Shown piece after piece: positions 50,905 to 64,000 of a stretch of DNA of 64,000 nt. Origin of the DNA: Octopus vulgaris (lineage: Eukaryota); assembly GCA_951406725.2 (NCBI GenBank), contig OX597816.1:94922001-94986000 (forward strand). The letters run 5' to 3'. Below the pieces are notes generated by a model. That model was not told where the DNA came from and made no database searches. It worked only from the letters and a program-made list of their open reading frames with translations. A program made the translations under genes and the position numbers. Each line of letters begins with the position of its first letter. The stretch's first letter is position 1.

Positions 50905-53237
50905 CAGTAGAACCTTGCAATATGAGTGCCACTTTGTATGAGTAATTTGCTATATGAGCCGAGGCTTGTGCAAGTTTTTGTCTTGGAGTACAAGCAAGTT
51001 TCATACAAGTGACCACCAGTTGGCACTGAACTCACACATGCTCTCCCAATAAGTGCAGTCTCTGCTTGCTCAGTTCAGGTGTTCATCTCATTGTGACAAC
51101 ATGCCTATTGTGTTTTTCCCAGTGTTTTGTTTAGTTTTGTGCATTTTTTGCTATTATCTTTTAATAATTAGTTGTGTTAGCCATACGTTCTAAGGAAGTT
51201 AGTGTAAAGGACAGTGCTGAAAAGAAAAAAAGCTGATGATGATAGAACTGAAGAATGAAATCATAGACAAACATGAGAGAGGGGTGCTTGTAGTGGATAA
51301 AGCATGTCAATACGACTGAAGCATGTTGATGAGCTGTGCCATCCTGAAGAAAAAGGATGAAATCAAGGCTGTTACAACAGCAAAGGGTGTCTACAGGCTC
51401 TCTAAGCAATACACATCTGTCCATGAAAGGATGGAAAAATTGTTTCTCCTGAAACAACTCACTGGGGATACAATTATGGAGACCATCATTTGCGAGAAAG
51501 TATGAGCGCTGCATAGGGATCTCCTGAAGCAGAACCCTGGAACATCAACTGAGGAGACATCAGAAAATGCATTTAAGGCTAGTTGTGGTTGGTTTAATAA
51601 TTTCAAGCAGAAGACTGGTGTTCATAATGTCGTCAGGTATGGAGAAGCAGTGAGTTCTGACATGAAGGCAGCTGAAGATTTTGAGTGTGAATTCTGTCAG
51701 CTCATTGCAGCCAAGGGGTACATTGCACAACAGGTATTCAACTGTGATGAAACTGGCCACTTTTGGAAAAAATACCCAGAAGAATGTACATAACTGCAAA
51801 GGAAAAGAAAATGTCAGGCCAAAAGCCTATGAAAGAAAGGCTAACTCTCACCCTTTGTGCCAATGCAAGTAGAAACTTGAAGATTAAGCCACTCCTTGTC
51901 TACCATTCCGAAAACCCAAGTGTGCTCAAATAACACAATATCCTGAAGAAGAAGCTGCATGTCACATGGAGGGCAAATGTTGAAGTCTGGGTCACCAGGC
52001 AATTCACTGAGTGGGTCAACCTTGCCTTCGGACCAGCAGTGAAAAAGTACTTTTCGGAGAACAATCTTCCTCTCAAGGCTCTCTTTATCCTTGACAATGT
52101 TCCTGCTCATTTTCAAAGATGATATCCTAGACAAATTTAAATTTATAAAAGTTCTGTACCTTTCAGGTAACACCACCCCTATCTTGCAGCCCATGGACCA
52201 ACAGGTAATTTCTAATTTTAAGAAATTGTACATCAAGCATAAAAATACAATTCTAAGCCTTTGTGAGTTTTGGAAGAAGTGCTACAACATTGTAAACTGC
52301 TTGAAAATCATCGATATGGCCTGGCAGGGTGTTACAAGGAGAACACTGAATTCTGCATAGAGGAAACTGTGGCCTGGTTGTGTATCCAAAAGAGACTTCG
52401 AGGTGTTTTAGTTGTAGTTGAGAAGATAGTATCTCTTGGCAAGTCCATGGGCCTTGAGGTTGATGATGGAGACATTAACGATCTTGTCAAGGAACACCCA
52501 GTGGAGCTGACAACAGATGAACCCCTGCAACTTCAGGAGCAGCAGCATTTGGATGTGGTGGAAGAGATTGGTTCCCCATTGGAAGACAGTATAGCGGAGA
52601 ATGCTATCTCTATGACTAATATAAAGGCAGTGTTGGCAAAGTGGCAGTATGTTTCTAAGTTTATAGACAAATATCATCTTGGAAAAGTAGCTACAGTTCA
52701 TGCAGCTACTTAATTAAATAACACTGATCTGTCACATTTTCATAACATTTTGAAAGGCAGGAAAAAGCAGACTTCTCTTGATATGTTTCTAATGAAACAA
52801 CCTGCAAGTGTAAAAAGTGGAGAAAGTGTGTCCAAGAAGACTAAATTAAGTAAAGTGAGACAGAAAACGCCAGAAATTGTTCTTCCTGAAGTTTTAATGG
52901 AAGGAGAATTTCCTTCCAACAGTAATCCTCCTCCTCCCCACTCTATCATCTTCCTCATGCACAACAAATCGTCCCATCTTTAAGGTAACTCTGCTAATAA
53001 AACCAGTTTACATATTTCTTTTGCATTCTCTTTTTTATATTGGTCATTTTATTCATAACTATACCTTTTCTGTTTTAAAACCTATAAAAAAATAATTTTT
53101 GGGTGTTTTTGTGTGGCTGGAATGGATTTATTATATTTTAGTTAATTTCAATGGGGAAAATTGATTTGTAAAATGAGTAAATCCTAAAAGGAGCTTGGTC
53201 ACGGAATGAATTAAACTCGTACTGCAAGGTATCACTG
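50905..53237 (+). mobile_element. Full-length decayed Tigger/pogo DNA transposon
   Basis: TIRs cagtagaaccttgcaatatgagt / actcgtactgcaaggtatcactg, TA on both sides, ~2.33 kb. Confidence 0.9.
51184..52930 (+). pseudogene. Tigger transposase (CENP-B HTH plus DDE), frameshifted
   Basis: FKASCGWFNNFK, QVFNCDETG, KPMKERLTL, KPLLVYHSENP, ILDNVPAH, NTTPILQPMDQQVISNFK across several frames with stops. Confidence 0.9.
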
Positions 53238-53720
53238 TATATATATATATATATATATAGTGACACAGTAATGCAAGCAGAGTTCTTCATTTCCAATATA
53301 CTGTGAAAACATGTTTGGTCATGTGCAAATATTTCCTTTCTTGGAAGCAGGTAAGGAAGGGCATCCAGTCATAGAAAATCTGCCTTGAATTCTGTCTAAT
53401 CCATGCAAGCATAAAAAATTGAATATTGAAATGGCAGTAGTGTGATAGATAGAGGAGTTGCTATTGTATGTAGTCAAAATCACAGCATATATAGTTCCAT
53501 GGAATTTAGCAACATAAATCATGCAAAACTGTCATGACCAATATTTTCTATTTCTTCTCTGTTCAAATTTTCAAGGTAATCCTGATGACCACAGTATTAT
53601 CCAAAGTCCAGCTGTGTGATTAACTTCAACAAATAATCTTACATGTGGGTGCTATTCACTAACTGCCTTAAGGTATATATATTTTTTACATTTGGTTTTC
53701 TTCTAATAGATGTCATGCCT

Positions 53721-54298
53721 TTAGAACTCAAAGAGATCAATCTTTTGCTAAAAATACCATAACGAAAGTGTTTGTTCAGTAATTTCTGTACAAAATTTAT
53801 TTTTTCTTAAATCTTTTCTTCAGCAGAAGCATTTATGTTTATGCATTTTTTGTGTATGTGTCATGCATTTGTGCATTTGTGTGTGTGTGTGTGTATTTGT
53901 GTAAGTACTATGTTTATGTATTTTTGTATATATGTAATTATTTATGTGTGTATGTAAAAATCTTTGTGCACGTAAGTATATGAATGTGTTTATGTGTATG
54001 TATATTTCTGTACGTACACGTATACACAAATACACACACACACATGTATATACAGTACTTACAAAAACATACATACATACACATAAAGACATAATACATG
54101 CACAAAAAATGCATGAACATAGTACTTACACAAATATACTCGCAAACACATAATGCACATAAAGACATAAATATAAGCTGAAAAAAAGAATTAAGGAAAT
54201 AAAAATTTTGTACAGAAATTGCCGAGCAAACACTTTCATTATTGTGATACTTTAACCAAAAGATTACCCTTAGAAAGCATAAGAATATTGAGTTCTAA
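53721..54298. repeat. Fold-back element (~580 bp) with long imperfect inverted arms
   Basis: ttagaactca..aaagtgtttgttcagtaatttctgtacaaaattt / aaattttgtacagaaattgccgagcaaacacttt..tgagttctaa; inner (TG)-rich and (CA)-rich halves are also complementary. Confidence 0.7.
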
Positions 54299-55288
54299 CA
54301 ACTGGTTATTAGTATCACTGCTAAATCATTTTTTACACACACACATGCACACGCACATGTGCATGCAGATGCATGCATGAGTGCAAACATGCACAAGTAC
54401 TTGCACGCACAAGCACACACATGCACATCAGTATCATTTAACATCTGTTTTCCATGCTGACGTGAGTTGGACTATTCAACAGGATCTGGTGAACTTTGCA
54501 TTGTGTCCAGTATTTTCTATGGCTGGCATAATGCCAGCTACTTTACAGTGTGAGCATTTTTCATACCACCAGTGCAACTGAAGTTGCCACAAACCTTACA
54601 AAGAAGGAAAGAACAAAAAAGGACAAGAAAGAAAAAAAGGAGAAAGCGAAAAGTCCTCCTGATTAAGTGGGAGAAGTATTTGAAAGTGTGGAGAGGTGGC
54701 TTTATACCAGGGACAAGCAGAGGTGTTTTGCTATAGAGAGGCTAAATGGCCACTTGCATTATATAAGGGTAGGTGCAAATGATAAGATGGTAACAAAGGG
54801 CTGCTAGAACAAAATTCAAGGAGTGAGAGATGTTACTGGTAGTGGATCAGGGGTGCGGAAAGAAGTTATAAGAGTGTGAGGGGAAGGTAACTGATATTTA
54901 GAGGTGGAACACATGGGACAAAGTAGTGCAAAGGATTTCCTACACCAAAACTAATTTCAGTCATATAACTCCACCAGCCAACTAAAAAAAACAAAAACTT
55001 GCTAATGACTATATAAAAACCAAAAGAACCTGAGTAAAGTACAGTTTGATGAAGACAACCTGGCTGAAACTTTGAAGTCATAGTTAATCGTTTCCTAGCA
55101 AATGTTAGTAAATATTTACTCTACTAAAAGGCATTGAGTAATCTTTCAGTTTAATGTTGTTTTATATAGTGTACATGTGTTTTTTGAGGTCATTTGTATG
55201 AATGTAGAAAAAGATGCATAGCTAATCAAAGAAAAGCTGTATTTGAAAACAAATTAGCACAAATAATCTTGAGAATCTTCTATCAAAC

Positions 55289-55500
55289 TTATTCAATGAG
55301 TCTACCATTTGCTTCAATGACTGCTTCAATACAGGGTTGTAAGTATTGACATGCCTGAATCAGATGATCATAATCAACTTTGGGCATAGTACTAGTTGTG
55401 GTGGATCTGAGAGATTGCATGGTGTTATGGGGGTGTTGATTGACCTCTCTCAACTATGTCCCATATGTAATAGTCCAGTGGATTGAGGATCAGACAGCTT
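55289..55500 (-). pseudogene. Tc1/mariner transposase C-terminal relic
   Basis: LNPLDYYIWDIVEREVNQHPHNTMQSL..HLIQACQYLQPCIEAVIEANGRLIE*. Confidence 0.75.
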
Positions 55501-55599
55501 TCAGGAAGTGAGCTATCTCTGTGTCACTGTATTGTGCTTAAGGCAATGATCACAGTGTGCCTTTTCATTTGTTTCTATCATCAGAGGCCTCCAGTAGAA

Positions 55600-56410
55600 T
55601 TCTCTACATTTTTGTAGGCTTGCTGGGTCTTTGAGCTTCCATAATCTTCTTTTCCAATGTGGATTATGTCCTTGAGTCTTTCTAGCCCTAATTCTGAAGT
55701 CACTAACTAGTAGCTTATGTTGGGGTGTACACTCTTCACCTGGGAAAGACTTTGCATTTGTGAGAAATTGCCTGTTTCCTTGCCTTGTGAAGAGGTAATG
55801 AACCTGGCTTATATTCCCACCAGACTGATAAATAATTAGGTGGCTTTCGAAAGTTAGTGTTGCAGATCACAAAATCATTTGCATCACAGAACTCAAGTAG
55901 CCTTGTACCTTCCTCATTCCTGGTGCCAAAGCCATAACCACTATGCACACCCTGGAATCCATGGGAATGCTGCCCAACATGTCCATTAAAGATGCCAGCC
56001 ATAATGAAGTTTCTGTCATTTGTTGTTGAGGCAGTCTGAAAAGAACCTTGTAGAATTGGTCCTTCTGATCATCAGCCAACCCAACCTGTGGAGCATAGGC
56101 AAAGATAAATGTAATTGTTGATCTATCTATGATAAGTCTCAACTTAATAACCCTATCATATACGCTGACTACCTCAATTACTTTATCTACCCATTTATCT
56201 GCGAAGTGTATGTCTACACCACCAACTCTATCACGCCTGCCTATCCAGAAGAATTTAAACCTCTGTTTCTTACCTATGAGGAATCTAGCAGAAGTTGCTT
56301 TCCATCTCACTTTTTGCACACCACACACATTGACATGATGATGCTCCATCATTTCAACAATCTCATCAGATCTCCCCTTCATTGTTCTAATATTGATGTT
56401 TGCAGCCCTA
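55600..56410 (-). mobile_element. RTE LINE APE-endonuclease fragment
   Basis: ORF track 55867-56382 and 55736-56002: VQKVRWK, AYAPQVG, FNGHVG, GYGFGTRNEEGTRLLEFC; further on GEECTPQHKLLVSDF. Confidence 0.9.
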
Positions 56411-58479
56411 AAATTGTATACCTGGGAGAGACAATGGAAAGGTAGTCACTAAGGAGCTTTTGTTAGTGTTTGAAAAAAATCTGTGTAAACGTTTGCCAGA
56501 TAGTGTAGTGTATATCATGAATTTGATTCAATGAAGTATAATTTTTCACTCTACCATACAACATCCAGATTAAGACCTAGTATTAACCTTATATGCTAAT
56601 ACACTCATATATCGTATATGTGTACATATACAAACACAACACAGTATGGTATGAATCTTACATATTCATATATATAAGCACACACACATACACACATACA
56701 CCCATACATACACACATATGAACATGCAGTCCACACAGAGGTGCACATAGATGTAAATATATACATATATACCCATAAGCATATACATATATACTTATAA
56801 GTATATACACCCACACAAAAATATATACATAATGAGGTTCACATGAGTACATACAGACACTAACATGGTCAGCTGACAGGTACTCAAAAAAATATTAAAA
56901 GGATACAGAGGGGGAAAACCTCTATGCACAGACCAGGAGTATGGTTACTTAGAGAGAGTCAAGCACATTTATAGTTAAACGGCAGGGGTGGGAATGTCTT
57001 TATTTCCCTGAACTTGGTTGAATCAGAGTTGTTTACTTCTGTAGGTAGTACCCAGTGCTAAATGTGAGTATAGGGGTGTCTAGTTTCTTATTTGATAGTT
57101 TACATTATGATTTTATACACACGTACATACGTAAAATGAAAATTCAAAAGCAGTTAAAAGAATAGCAAACAATATAGAAAGAAAATGTATAATGACAAGA
57201 TATTAATTTAATGCATGGAATATACATACATACATACATATATATACACACACACACATGAATATGAATACATATATATATATATATACACACAATATAT
57301 ATATATTGTATATATATATATTTATATATATATATACACACATACATACATACATACATACATACATGCGTACATACACATACTTGCATGTGCACACACA
57401 CATATGCAAGTACATATGAATTAATACACTAGAGTTTGTAATAACACATAGTAATACGTATATCCTGAGGTTTACAAACACACAAATGCACCACGAGCAT
57501 CTCTCAATAAGAGCAACAACAATAGCCCAGTTTTTCAAAGCAGGTACTGAGAAACCTCACATTTCTGTGAGATAAGCTGTCTTTTAACAGAATGAGAAAA
57601 ATATCTAATAAAAAAAAAATGGTATTCATCATTTTCAAAGTAATATACTGTTATAGTTCTTTTCTTCTCTGAATAAAATCTCTATCTAAAAATAATGTTG
57701 CTATCATTTAACGTTTTATTAAAATTTTAGTGGTGGTGGTCTGTAAAGTTCTGTGATTTTTGGAAAATCATCTAAGAATTCTATGATAAAATAAACTTTG
57801 AAAACCACTAGCATACATAGCAACCTAGAGATATAAAAATAATAGATATTCAAATACTTATAAATGCTAGGACAGAATACGTAGTTTGACTAAAGTTATC
57901 AGAGAATTTTTATGGATGTTGGGATAACAGTTTTCCCATAACGTAAACATCATCATCATAAGCATCATTATTTTTATGCCTGCTTTCCATACTGTTATGG
58001 CTTGGATACAGTTGTCACTGTTTAAGTCAGCTTCTTTTGAGAGCTACTGCTTCCATAGACTGATCGCTAGACATTTGGCTTGATTTCTATGACTGAATAC
58101 CCTTTTTTGTTGCTAGCCACTTTACGAAACATATTGAGTGCTTTTGTCATAATTTCAACACTAGAGCTGCTGAATAAAAGAATTTAAGAAATCTGTGTAC
58201 ATCCTATGCTCAGTTTATTGATCACTTTACAATGTATACTAGGTGCTTTTGTAGTACCATCATGAAAGAGATTATCTCATCTGGCCCTTTGAAGGGAACC
58301 TGAGTTATCAGCTGGCAGCAGTATTGGAAGAATGATGTCTTGTTCCCAGGATAATGTAGAAAATATTCAGAACTCAGACACATAGGCCAGGAAGGGCATA
58401 TATAAGTGTGGGTGAGTGTGTATATTATAGCTATACTGTATTATAGAATATCACTATTGATTTTTTGCTAACATAACTA

Positions 58480-58719
58480 ACATACATACATACATAATAC
58501 ATACATACATACATACATACATACATACATACATACATACATACATACATACATAAATACATTCATACATACATACACACACATACACATACATACATAC
58601 ATACATACACACATACATACATACATACATACATACATACAACACATACACACATACATACATACATACATACATAAATACATACATACACACATACACA
58701 CATACGTGCATACACATAT

Positions 58720-58750
<31 letters not shown>

Positions 58751-59082
58751 TACTTACATACATACATACACACATACACACATATATACATACATACATA
58801 CATACATACATACATACATACACACATACACACATACATACATACATACATACATACATACATACATACATACATACATACATACATACATACATACACA
58901 CATACATACATACATACATACATACATAAATACATACATACACACATACACACATACGTGCATACACATATACATACATACATACATACACACACACACA
59001 TACACACATACATACATACATACATACATACATACATACATACATACATACATACATACATACATACATACATACATACATA
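58480..59082. repeat. (TACA)n microsatellite with higher-order duplication
   Basis: ~600 bp of TACA variants; the variant block catacgtgcatacacatatac occurs at ~58701 and ~58953. Confidence 0.95.
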
Positions 59083-59508
59083 AGGGAACAGTTAAACATA
59101 TGTGTATCATGAGGTGTACAAACACACAAAGATTTCACCAGCAACTGTGAACCCTCCTAAACTATTCATTGACATATTCCTTATAAACTGAATGTTACTG
59201 AGTATTGAATCCTATCAGCTCTGAGCATAGTGAGAAATTAATGTCTATATCTGAGTTTCAAATCCAGAATGTATAAAAACACTAACTGAAACTACTACTG
59301 TACAGAAACACCTAAAAATTGAGATTATTTTTTGTAACTGGAAAACTGTGTATCTAAAACTGATATTGCATCACTGCTACCATCAGCTAATAGAGAACCA
59401 TGCCTCCTCATTTGAGGCACATCATTGTCACTTTTAACTTGAAACCCTTCATCTTCTATTCACTTTAAGTCATCTTCTGAATACATTGGATCAAATTCCC
59501 ATTGATCT

Positions 59509-60230
59509 TCATCAGAATCTTCTAAAATTTGCTGTAACTCATTTGTTTCAAACAAACTTTTATTTCATCATTTATCTCTAGAAATGTTTGTGTGCAGTGG
59601 AGTTCATATTTGTTTCAAACAAACTTTTATTTCATCATTTATCTCTAGAAATGTTTGTGTGCAGTGGAGTTCATGATAAAAAAAGAAAAGAAAACATTGC
59701 AAAAAAATTACTGAAACACCACTAGTTAATCTAGTATTATCTCCAAGCAGACATTTTTCAACAGCCTAATTCTACTCGAAAGTGCATTGTTTTCATCAGA
59801 ATCTTCTAAAATTTGCTGTAACTCATTTGTTTCAAACAAACTTTTATTTCATCATTTATCTCTAGAAATGTTTGTGTGCAGTGGAGTTCATGATAAAAAA
59901 AGAAAAGAAAACATTGCAAAAAAATTACTGAAACACCACCAGTTAATCTAGTATTATCTCCAAGCAGACATTTTTCAACAGCCTAATTCTACTCCGAAAG
60001 TGCATTGTTTTCATCAGAATCTTCTAAAATTTGCTGTAACTCATTTGTTTCAAACAAACTTTTATTTCATCCTTTATCTCTAGAAATGTTTGGGTGCAGT
60101 GGAGTTCATGATAAAAAAAGAAAAGAAAACATTGCAAAAAAAATACTGAAACACCACCAGTTAAACTAGTATTATCTCCAAGCAGACATTTTTCAACAGC
60201 CTAATTCTACTCCGAAAGTGTATTGTTTTC
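59509..60230. repeat. Tandem repeat, 3 x ~218 bp
   Basis: Unit tcatcagaatcttctaaaat.. starts at 59509, 59793 and 60011; the first copy has an extra internal duplication. Confidence 0.95.
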
Positions 60231-60407
60231 TGACCGACCAATCTAATTTTTGATTGATTGGATTTTCACATGAGGTTTGTTAATTGATACTTTATTAGCA
60301 TTTCAGAGGATGATGAATCTGAAACGTCTGATAAACTGGGTGTATAACCCAAGTGGCTTAAGTAAATTGACCAAATTGTATATACAATGCTTTCTTAGTT
60401 GGTTGGA

Positions 60408-60820
60408 ATATTAAATTATTGGTGTTTTGCTTTGTTACTATACTGTATTACAGAATATATCTATAGAATTTTTTTTATTGCTATACTGTATATGTGTTGA
60501 TGGATATTAAAGAAGAGATCTCTTCTGTATATACAATATTTCCATGAACCGAAAAACAGAGAGTAGCCAGACCTGACATGTTTTGAGATTTCATCAGCAA
60601 CCGTGTAATCTCTTTGATTTCATAAACATATTATAAACCTGCCACTATTAAAGGCTGAATAGAACAGTATAGCAATAAAACACAATTCACCTGTTATTCA
60701 GTATTTGAATTAACTGTAGAGAAAGCATTATGTATATAAACTGGTCTGTAGATATATTCTATACTACAGTATAGCAACAAAAATAAAAAAAATAGCTGTT
60801 TAAACACCATTATTTTAATA
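60408..60820. repeat. Inverted-repeat bounded element
   Basis: tgttactatactgtattacagaatatatctataga / tctgtagatatattctatactacagtatagcaaca; related sequence at ~58425 and ~59130. Confidence 0.5.
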
Positions 60821-63800
60821 TATATTTATACCTACCTACCTTCTTCCTACTCTCTCTCCCTCTCTATTGCCTTCCCTACTGCCCTATCCATCCATCCATC
60901 CATCCATTCATCTATTCATCAATTCATCCATCCATCCAACTATTCATCCATCTATTTACCTATCTAAAGTTATACCATAATTATTTAGCTTTAATCATAT
61001 TGTTCCTTTCATGGTGAGCCTAGAACCTTTGCTTCAAAATAGTATCTGTGTTTTTGGGGCATGAGTATGTGTTATTCACATTCAAGTATGTATGTATGTA
61101 TGTATGTATGTATGTATGTATGTATGTATGTATGTATGTATGTATGTATGTGCTTGTAGCTGTGTGTGTTTCTATCATCTATACTAGTATACAGTCACAT
61201 ATTTTAGTGTATAACCAGATCTTTTACTGATGGAATAGATGCTGGTACACCTGTTCTTCTAAAATAGAAAGCCTGGGAGTCAGTATGGATATTCTGACTG
61301 AAATTTCCGTGATAAATAATTTGGCTTCTCTTTCTTCCATTTGTCAGCACTAATATACAAATGTATGCATGTGTGTGGAGTAGGGTATATTTTATAAATA
61401 TATATATAAAGAGAGAGAGAGAGAGTGAGTGGGTGAAAGTGAAATATGCTCAGTATAAGCTCAAAATAAGCTCAAATAAATGTGCACTTAGGTTCCATCC
61501 GCCAAATTTACTTAACAATTTCATCTGGATTTGTCACTGGCCTCACATCTATGACATGCACATATGAATATGGTTATTAATGTATGTTTGGCCTCTTGAA
61601 ATAGCTGTCAAGATAAGACATTACATAATGTTTTTCATAATATATATTTTTTTCTTTATTTTATAATCTGTATTTTATGTTCCATGTAAGTATATGAGTG
61701 ATGTGGCTATGTGGTAAGAAGCTTGCTTCTCAACCACATGGTCCTGGATTCACTCCCATTGTGTGGCACCTTGAGTAAGTGTCTTCTACTGTAGCGTCAG
61801 GCTGGCCAAAGTCATGTGAGTGGATTTGGTAGACAGAAACTGAAAGAAGTGTGTCTTGTTTGTGTGTATGTGTGTGTATGTATGTATGTATGTATGTATG
61901 TATCTATCTATCTATCTATATATCTATCTATAAATATATATAAATATATATATATGTATGCATATATCTATGATATATCTATGTGTATGCATCTTTGTAC
62001 CTGTGTTTGTCCCTGTATCATTGCTATATATATAGGAGTGGACTGAGGACTGAGCCTTGATGCAATATCACCAGCACACTAAATTTGTTACTAGTTGACT
62101 CTAACTTCACATGTAAGTAGCCTTCAGAGCACTCACATACTATTAATCTATAATTAGTTTTTTTTTTTGTCACCACCATTTTACAAAAAGTGGTACTTTG
62201 TAAAAGCCCAATCTCTTAGTCATTGAATACCAGCTATAGTGACTTACTATTAAGTAAATATTTCCCTTACTTTGTGGTATTTCTTCTGGACATAAAGCTG
62301 AACAGCATTCCATCTAAGCTAATATCAAATGATTGACAACAAGATTGTACTTTTTATTTATCACAAATATTTTATGTAATATTCTTATAATACAAACATT
62401 AGTCTTGAACATCTTGTGATTCTGGAGATGCTAAATCTGCAGGAATTTCATATGAAAGATATGCATGAATGGTTTATTGTTCATTACCATGTAGAAGTAA
62501 ACATGATAATTAAAAATGTTTCCCTAGATCATAAATCTATACACCAATAGTTTGATACACAGTGGTACACAGATTTGAAAATATGAAAAATTATTTGATG
62601 ATCAAATTTGTTACACACTCTTCTATCTCCTTTAACTGGAAATGTTAACATATCTTTGGCTCAAAAAGAAAAGCAATTGCAAAATCAAGAACTGTTGTCT
62701 ATAATTCTAAATTTGCTGCATTTATTTAAAAGACTTTTAGGTGGGTAGTGTTGTTGACCTGGTATGCTAGAGGTAATAGCATGGTACTCCAATGTGTCAA
62801 ATTTTCACAGAAATGAGGAGTTACCATGGAAACGGTAATGTGCGTTTTACCACTATGATAAGTTTCCAGTGAGATAAATACTGTGACATGTCAGGAAGAG
62901 TTTAACAATAACCTCTCAGCATTCGATTTAGAAGTAAAATGTACATAGTTAGGTAGAGATGTGTGTTTGCATGTATGTGTGTGTGTGTGTGTGTGTGTAT
63001 GCGTGCATGTGTGCATGCGTACATGTATATATATATATACACACACACAAATATATATTATATATTATGTGTGTGTGTGTGTGTGTGTGTGTGTCTGTGT
63101 GTATACAGGCATAGATATGTTCACCCACACACAAAAATTCACAAATAGATATACTTTCAATCATTGCACTCAATGTACATACAATGCAAGCATATTACAA
63201 ATGCACACACAGAAATGTAGTTAAATACACATACACGCAAATAACTTCATGCACACATCACACACATATAAATGGTACTTAAGGACTCCCATACCAACAG
63301 ATTCTGACACCTACGTATATACTTACAAAAACACGCTTCTGGATATGACTGCATATTCCTACAAAGACATATTCCAACCTCCCACACATATACTCAAATG
63401 TATTGCTGTTCGCTCCCATCAGTGTCGACACATAAGTGTTCGAAGGAGAGGATTTAAAGAAAAGACAAAAAAAAATGTGAGAAAAAGAGAAAACAACTTT
63501 TAAAAATAAAAGAACAAAAAATATTAAATATATTTGTTGGTGTAACTCTGGGCTAACCAAAGTCTTGTGAGTGGATTTACTAGAAGAAAATTGAAAGAAG
63601 CCTATTGTGTATGTGTGTATGTATGTATGTATGTATGTATGTATGTATGTATGTATGTATGTATGTATTTATGTATGTATGTATTTATTAGAAGAAAAAG
63701 GACAAGACCAAGGCAGGATGAGTATATCAAGTCATTTAGAATATTCAATTAGAGTAAGGTGAATCTGAAGTAATTAATTAGTTAGTTTGTTACTTAATTA

Positions 63801-63832
63801 TTGGATGCCTTACAGTTACAAATATTCTAAAT

Positions 63833-64000
63833 CAGTGCTACTCAAGTGGTGGTCCACAGACCGGTACCAGTTCGTGAGCCATCAGCTGGTGGTACATGGC
63901 AGCGAGCTGGCAGAAATGTTAGCATGCTGGGTGAAATGCTTAGCGGTATTTCGTCTGGTGCAACGTTGTGAGTTCAAATTCCGCTGAGGTCGACTTTGCC
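63833..64000 (+). mobile_element. hAT MITE left end followed by a CpG-intact SINE family B head
   Basis: cagtgctactcaag..ggtccacagaccgg, then ggcagcgagctggcagaa..gttcaaattccgctgaggtcgactttgcc running off the window. Confidence 0.7.

Noticed and set aside
58454-59144. Long ORFs (up to 198 aa, MYVC/HTYI repeats)
   Set aside because: Translations of a (TACA)n microsatellite. The same applies to most YIYI/CVCV/IIII ORFs in the track.

Overview
AT-rich, repeat-dense eukaryotic DNA. The SINE, RTE and microsatellite families match what I recognise from coleoid cephalopods (Octopus); this assignment is from recall, not a search. No complete protein-coding gene is present, and nearly all track ORFs are microsatellite or SINE artefacts. 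The window looks largely intronic. It has a CpG-retaining promoter-like zone at ~3.9-5 kb with candidate minus-strand 5'UTR exons, one plausible minus-strand coding exon (9571-9759), and CpG-depleted DNA beyond ~6.5 kb. Mobile elements: a full-length decayed Tigger/pogo, two Helitrons, hAT and Tc1/mariner relics, RTE and CR1/Jockey-like LINE fragments, a HERO-type RLE retrotransposon 3' end, Penelope-like (PLE) fragments and many tRNA-derived SINEs. The most notable signal is about a dozen hammerhead-ribozyme (HHR) cores in several unrelated elements. These include a PLE end fused to a tRNA-like Pol III head, a ~500-bp retrozyme-like unit, a back-to-back HHR hairpin, and an HHR in the HERO 3' UTR whose three core strands lie in an order fitting none of types I/II/III. 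A duplicated, decayed coding-like block at 11.2-15.7 kb may be an endogenous viral relic (speculative).
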